Shown: one piece after another, positions 61,083-64,000 of the stretch
How positions within the stretch are numbered: position 1 is the stretch's first letter
Layout of the letters: every line of letters starts with the position of its first letter
Translations under genes and position numbers: made by a program
From: Macrostomum lignano
Taxonomy: Eukaryota
Assembly (NCBI GenBank): GCA_002269645.1
Contig: NIVC01000282.1
Location: 1-64,000, forward strand
Direction: 5' to 3'
DNA length: 64,000 nucleotides
The notes under the pieces: generated by a model
The model's database searches: none
Told to the model about the DNA's origin: nothing
What the model saw: only the letters and a program-made list of their open reading frames with translations

Positions 61083-64000
61083 ATGGCAGACTTTCTCACC
61101 GCGTTTGAGTCAATCGACACCGACTTTAGCGGAGAGATTACCAGAGAGGAGCTGGAGGCCTACTGCAGGAAGCAGAACTTCGATGAAAAGTTTGTACAGG
61201 TAAATCTGCCGAGATATTGTAGCCAGTTGTACAGGTAAATCTGCTGAGATACTGTAGCCAGTTGTACAGGTAAATCTGCTGAGATGCTGTAGCCAGTTGT
61301 ACAGGTAAATCTGCCGAGATGCAGCCAGTTGTACAGGTAAATCTGCTGAGATACTGTAGCCAGTTGTACAGGTAAATCTGCTGAGATGCAGCCAGTTGTA
61401 CAGGTAAATCTGCTGAGATACTGTAGCCAGTTGTACAGGTAAATCTGCTGAGATGTAGCCAGTTGTACAGGTAAATCTGCTGAGATGCTGTAGCCAGTTG
61501 TACTGGTAAATCTGCTGAGATATTGTAGCCAGTTGTACAGGTAAATCTGCTGAGATACTGTAGCCAGTTGTACAGGTAAATCTGCTGAGATGCAGCCAGT
61601 TGTACAGGTAAATCTGCTGAGATGCAGCCAGTTGTACAGGTAAATCTGCTGAGATACTGTAGCCAGTTGTACAGGTAAATCTGCTGAGATACTGTAGCCA
61701 GTTGTACAGGTAAATCTGCTGAGATGCAGCCAGTTGTACAGGTAAATCTGCTGAGATACTGTAGCCAGTTGTACAGGTAAATCTGCTGAGATACTGTAGC
61801 CAGTTGTACAGGTAAATCTGCTGAGATGCTGTAGCCAGTTGTACTGGTAAATCTGCTGAGATGCAGCCAGTTGTACAGGTAAATCTGCTGAGATGTAGCC
61901 AGTTGTACAGGTAAATCTGCTGAGATGTAGCCAGTTGTACAGGTAAATCTGCTGAGATGCTGTAGCCAGTTGTACTGGTAAATCTGCTGAGATATTGTAG
62001 CCAGTTGTACAGGTAAATCTGCTGAGATACTGTAGCCAGTTGTACAGGTAAATTTGCTGAGATGTAGCCAGTTGTACAGGTAAATCTGCTGAGATGCAGC
62101 CAGTTGTACAGGTAAATCTGCTGAGATGCTGTAGCCAGTTGTACTGGTAAATCTGCTGAGATATTGTAGCCAGTTGTACAGGTAAATCTGCTGAGATACT
62201 GTAGCCAGTTGTACAGGTAAATCTGCTGAGATACTGTAGCCAGTTGTACAGGTAAATCTGCTGAGATACTGTAGCCAGTTGTACAGGTAAATCTGCTGAG
62301 ATGCAGCCAGTTGTACAGGTAAATCTGCTGAGATGCAGCCAGTTGTACAGGTAAATCTGCTGAGATGCTGTAGCCAGTTGTACAGGTAAATCTGCCGAGA
62401 TGCAGCCAGTTGTACAGGTAAATCTGCTGAGATACTGTAGCCAGTTGTACAGGTAAATCTGCTGAGATGCAGCCAGTTGTACAGGTAAATCTGCTGAGAT
62501 GCAGCCAGTTGTACAGGTAAATCTGCTGAGATGCTGTAGCCAGTTGTACAGGTAAATCTGCTGAGATACTGTAGCCAGTTGTACAGGTAAATCTGCTGAG
62601 ATACTGTAGCCAGTTGTACAGGTAAATCTGCTGAGATGCAGCCAGTTGTACAGGTAAATCTGCTGAGATACTGTAGCCAGTTGTACAGGTAAATCTGCTG
62701 AGATGCAGCCAGTTGTACAGGTAAATCTGCTGAGATACTGTAGCCAGTTGTACAGGTAAATCTGCTGAGATGCAGCCAGTTGTACAGGTAAATCTGCTGA
62801 GATACTGTAGCCAGTTGTACAGGTAAATCTGCTGAGATACTGTAGCCAGTTGTACAGGTAAATCTGCTGAGATGCAGCCAGTTGTACAGGTAAATCTGCT
62901 GAGATGCTGTAGCCAGTTGTACTGGTAAATCTGCTGAGATATTGTAGCCAGTTGTACAGGTAAATCTGCTGAGATACTGTAGCCAGTTGTACAGGTAAAT
63001 CTGCTGAGATACTGTAGCCAGTTGTACAGGTAAATCTGCTGAGATGCAGCCAGTTGTACAGGTAAATCTGCTGAGATGCAGCCAGTTGTACAGGTAAATC
63101 TGCTGAGATGCTGTAGCCAGTTGTACAGGTAAATCTGCCGAGATGCAGCCAGTTGTACAGGTAAATCTGCTGAGATACTGTAGCCAGTTGTACAGGTAAA
63201 TCTGCTGAGATGCAGCCAGTTGTACAGGTAAATCTGCTGAGATGCAGCCAGTTGTACAGGTAAATCTGCTGAGATGCAGCCAGTTGTACAGGTAAATCTG
63301 CTGAGATGCAGCCAGTTGTACAGGTAAATCTGCTGAGATGCAGCCAGTTTAATTTGATGACTTGACGCGTAAAGCAAATCGCAAAATGCCAAAATTTACA
63401 GAAATGGCTGAACCTGTTTGATGCCGACAACTCAGGCACCATCTCGATTGATGAGTACTGCGATACCCTCGGCCTCAGGCCCAACACTGAGTACATGTGA
63501 GTGCTTGGACTGGGGGGGGGGGGTCAGCCTCACAACCGTTGGAATGGAAGGAGCATGGATATCTAAGTACAAGGACGCTGTTCTCGCTGCACAGTGGGAG
63601 GGGGCAAATCCAAGGATTCTAGATGTACATTATTTTGAGAATCGGTGTTTGTCAGCGCTCATTTTGTCACCCTGAAGCACAATTATTGATTTTCATAACG
63701 GGTCACAACGTGGTGTGGGGGACAAAGCATTGGCATGTCCCCCCATAGCTTTTACGCTCGTACTGGGGGGGGGAACATGTCCCACCTGTCCTTTGAACAG
63801 GTCAAGAATCTTCTTTGACTGAGCCGAAACCACCTGAACTATACCCATCCCGCGCAGGGAAAAGGTGCAGGTCCAACGCTCCAATGCTGCACCAGCAGAC
63901 GATGACTGGATGAACGGCGTCAAGGTAATCGCAGTCGACAAAGCCCTCAACGAGGATCTGATGCGCCTGATCGTCCGGCTGGCCCGGGAGGCTCAGGCCA
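61083..64000 (+). CDS. Two-EF-hand calcium-binding protein with a probable C-terminal dynein-light-chain-like domain (flatworm TAL/Sm22.6-like); exons 61083-61199, 63402-63496, 63858->64000, partial
   Basis: MADFLTAFESIDTDFSGEITREELEAY..FVQ|KWLNLFDADNSGTISIDEYCDTLGL..EY(M)|EKVQVQ..NGVKVIAVDKALNEDLMRLIVRLAREAQA. There are two canonical 12-residue loops and phases 0 and 2 are consistent. The DLC assignment rests only on the first about 30 residues of the domain. Confidence 0.75.
61192..63350. repeat. 31-35-bp minisatellite (ttgtacag|gtaaatctgctgagat[act]gtagccag) that includes the exon-1 donor junction
   Basis: Roughly 60-65 copies; the first unit overlaps the real splice site at 61199/61200. 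Confidence 0.95.

Noticed and set aside
61110-63496. 760- and 778-aa minus-strand ORFs
   Set aside because: The antisense repeat unit simply contains no TAA, TAG or TGA; the region is intron 1 of the + strand EF-hand gene.

Overview
Eukaryotic (metazoan) genomic DNA, most likely a free-living flatworm of the Macrostomum type. This is inferred from GT-AG introns packed with locus-specific minisatellites, GC3-rich exons, an EF-hand + dynein-light-chain (TAL-like) gene and a sequence resembling the flatworm spliced leader. I reconstructed eight genes by hand from splice sites and reading-frame phase: an intronless DCDC1-like multi-doublecortin/ricin-B gene (-, runs off the left edge, apparent 1-nt frameshifts, CEP120-like C2 tail); SDHD; an SH3BGR-family gene; a class-V PLP C-S lyase (Egt2/cysteine desulfhydrase-like); a WW-less PCIF1/CAPAM-like cap m6A methyltransferase with an intact NPPF motif; an ETS transcription factor; a strongly divergent hexokinase-like gene; and the TAL-like gene (runs off the right edge). 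A 5'-deleted inverted duplicate of the lyase gene is also present, and the PCIF1-like gene lies between the two copies. About 24 kb (over a third of the window) is tandem repeat, mostly intronic; most long ORFs in the supplied track are repeat artefacts. Mobile DNA includes an RTE-type LINE fragment, two copies of a tRNA-derived SINE, a 111-bp MITE with an 8-bp TSD, an internally deleted Tc1/IS630-type element and two foldback hairpins. Best leads: the WW-less PCIF1-like enzyme; a minisatellite that copies a splice donor about 60 times; a probable kinase-dead hexokinase; a TAL-like protein in an apparently free-living flatworm; and spliced-leader-related signals (SL-like tandem, SDHD possibly started by the SL AUG). 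No database search was run; family assignments rest on recalled motifs.
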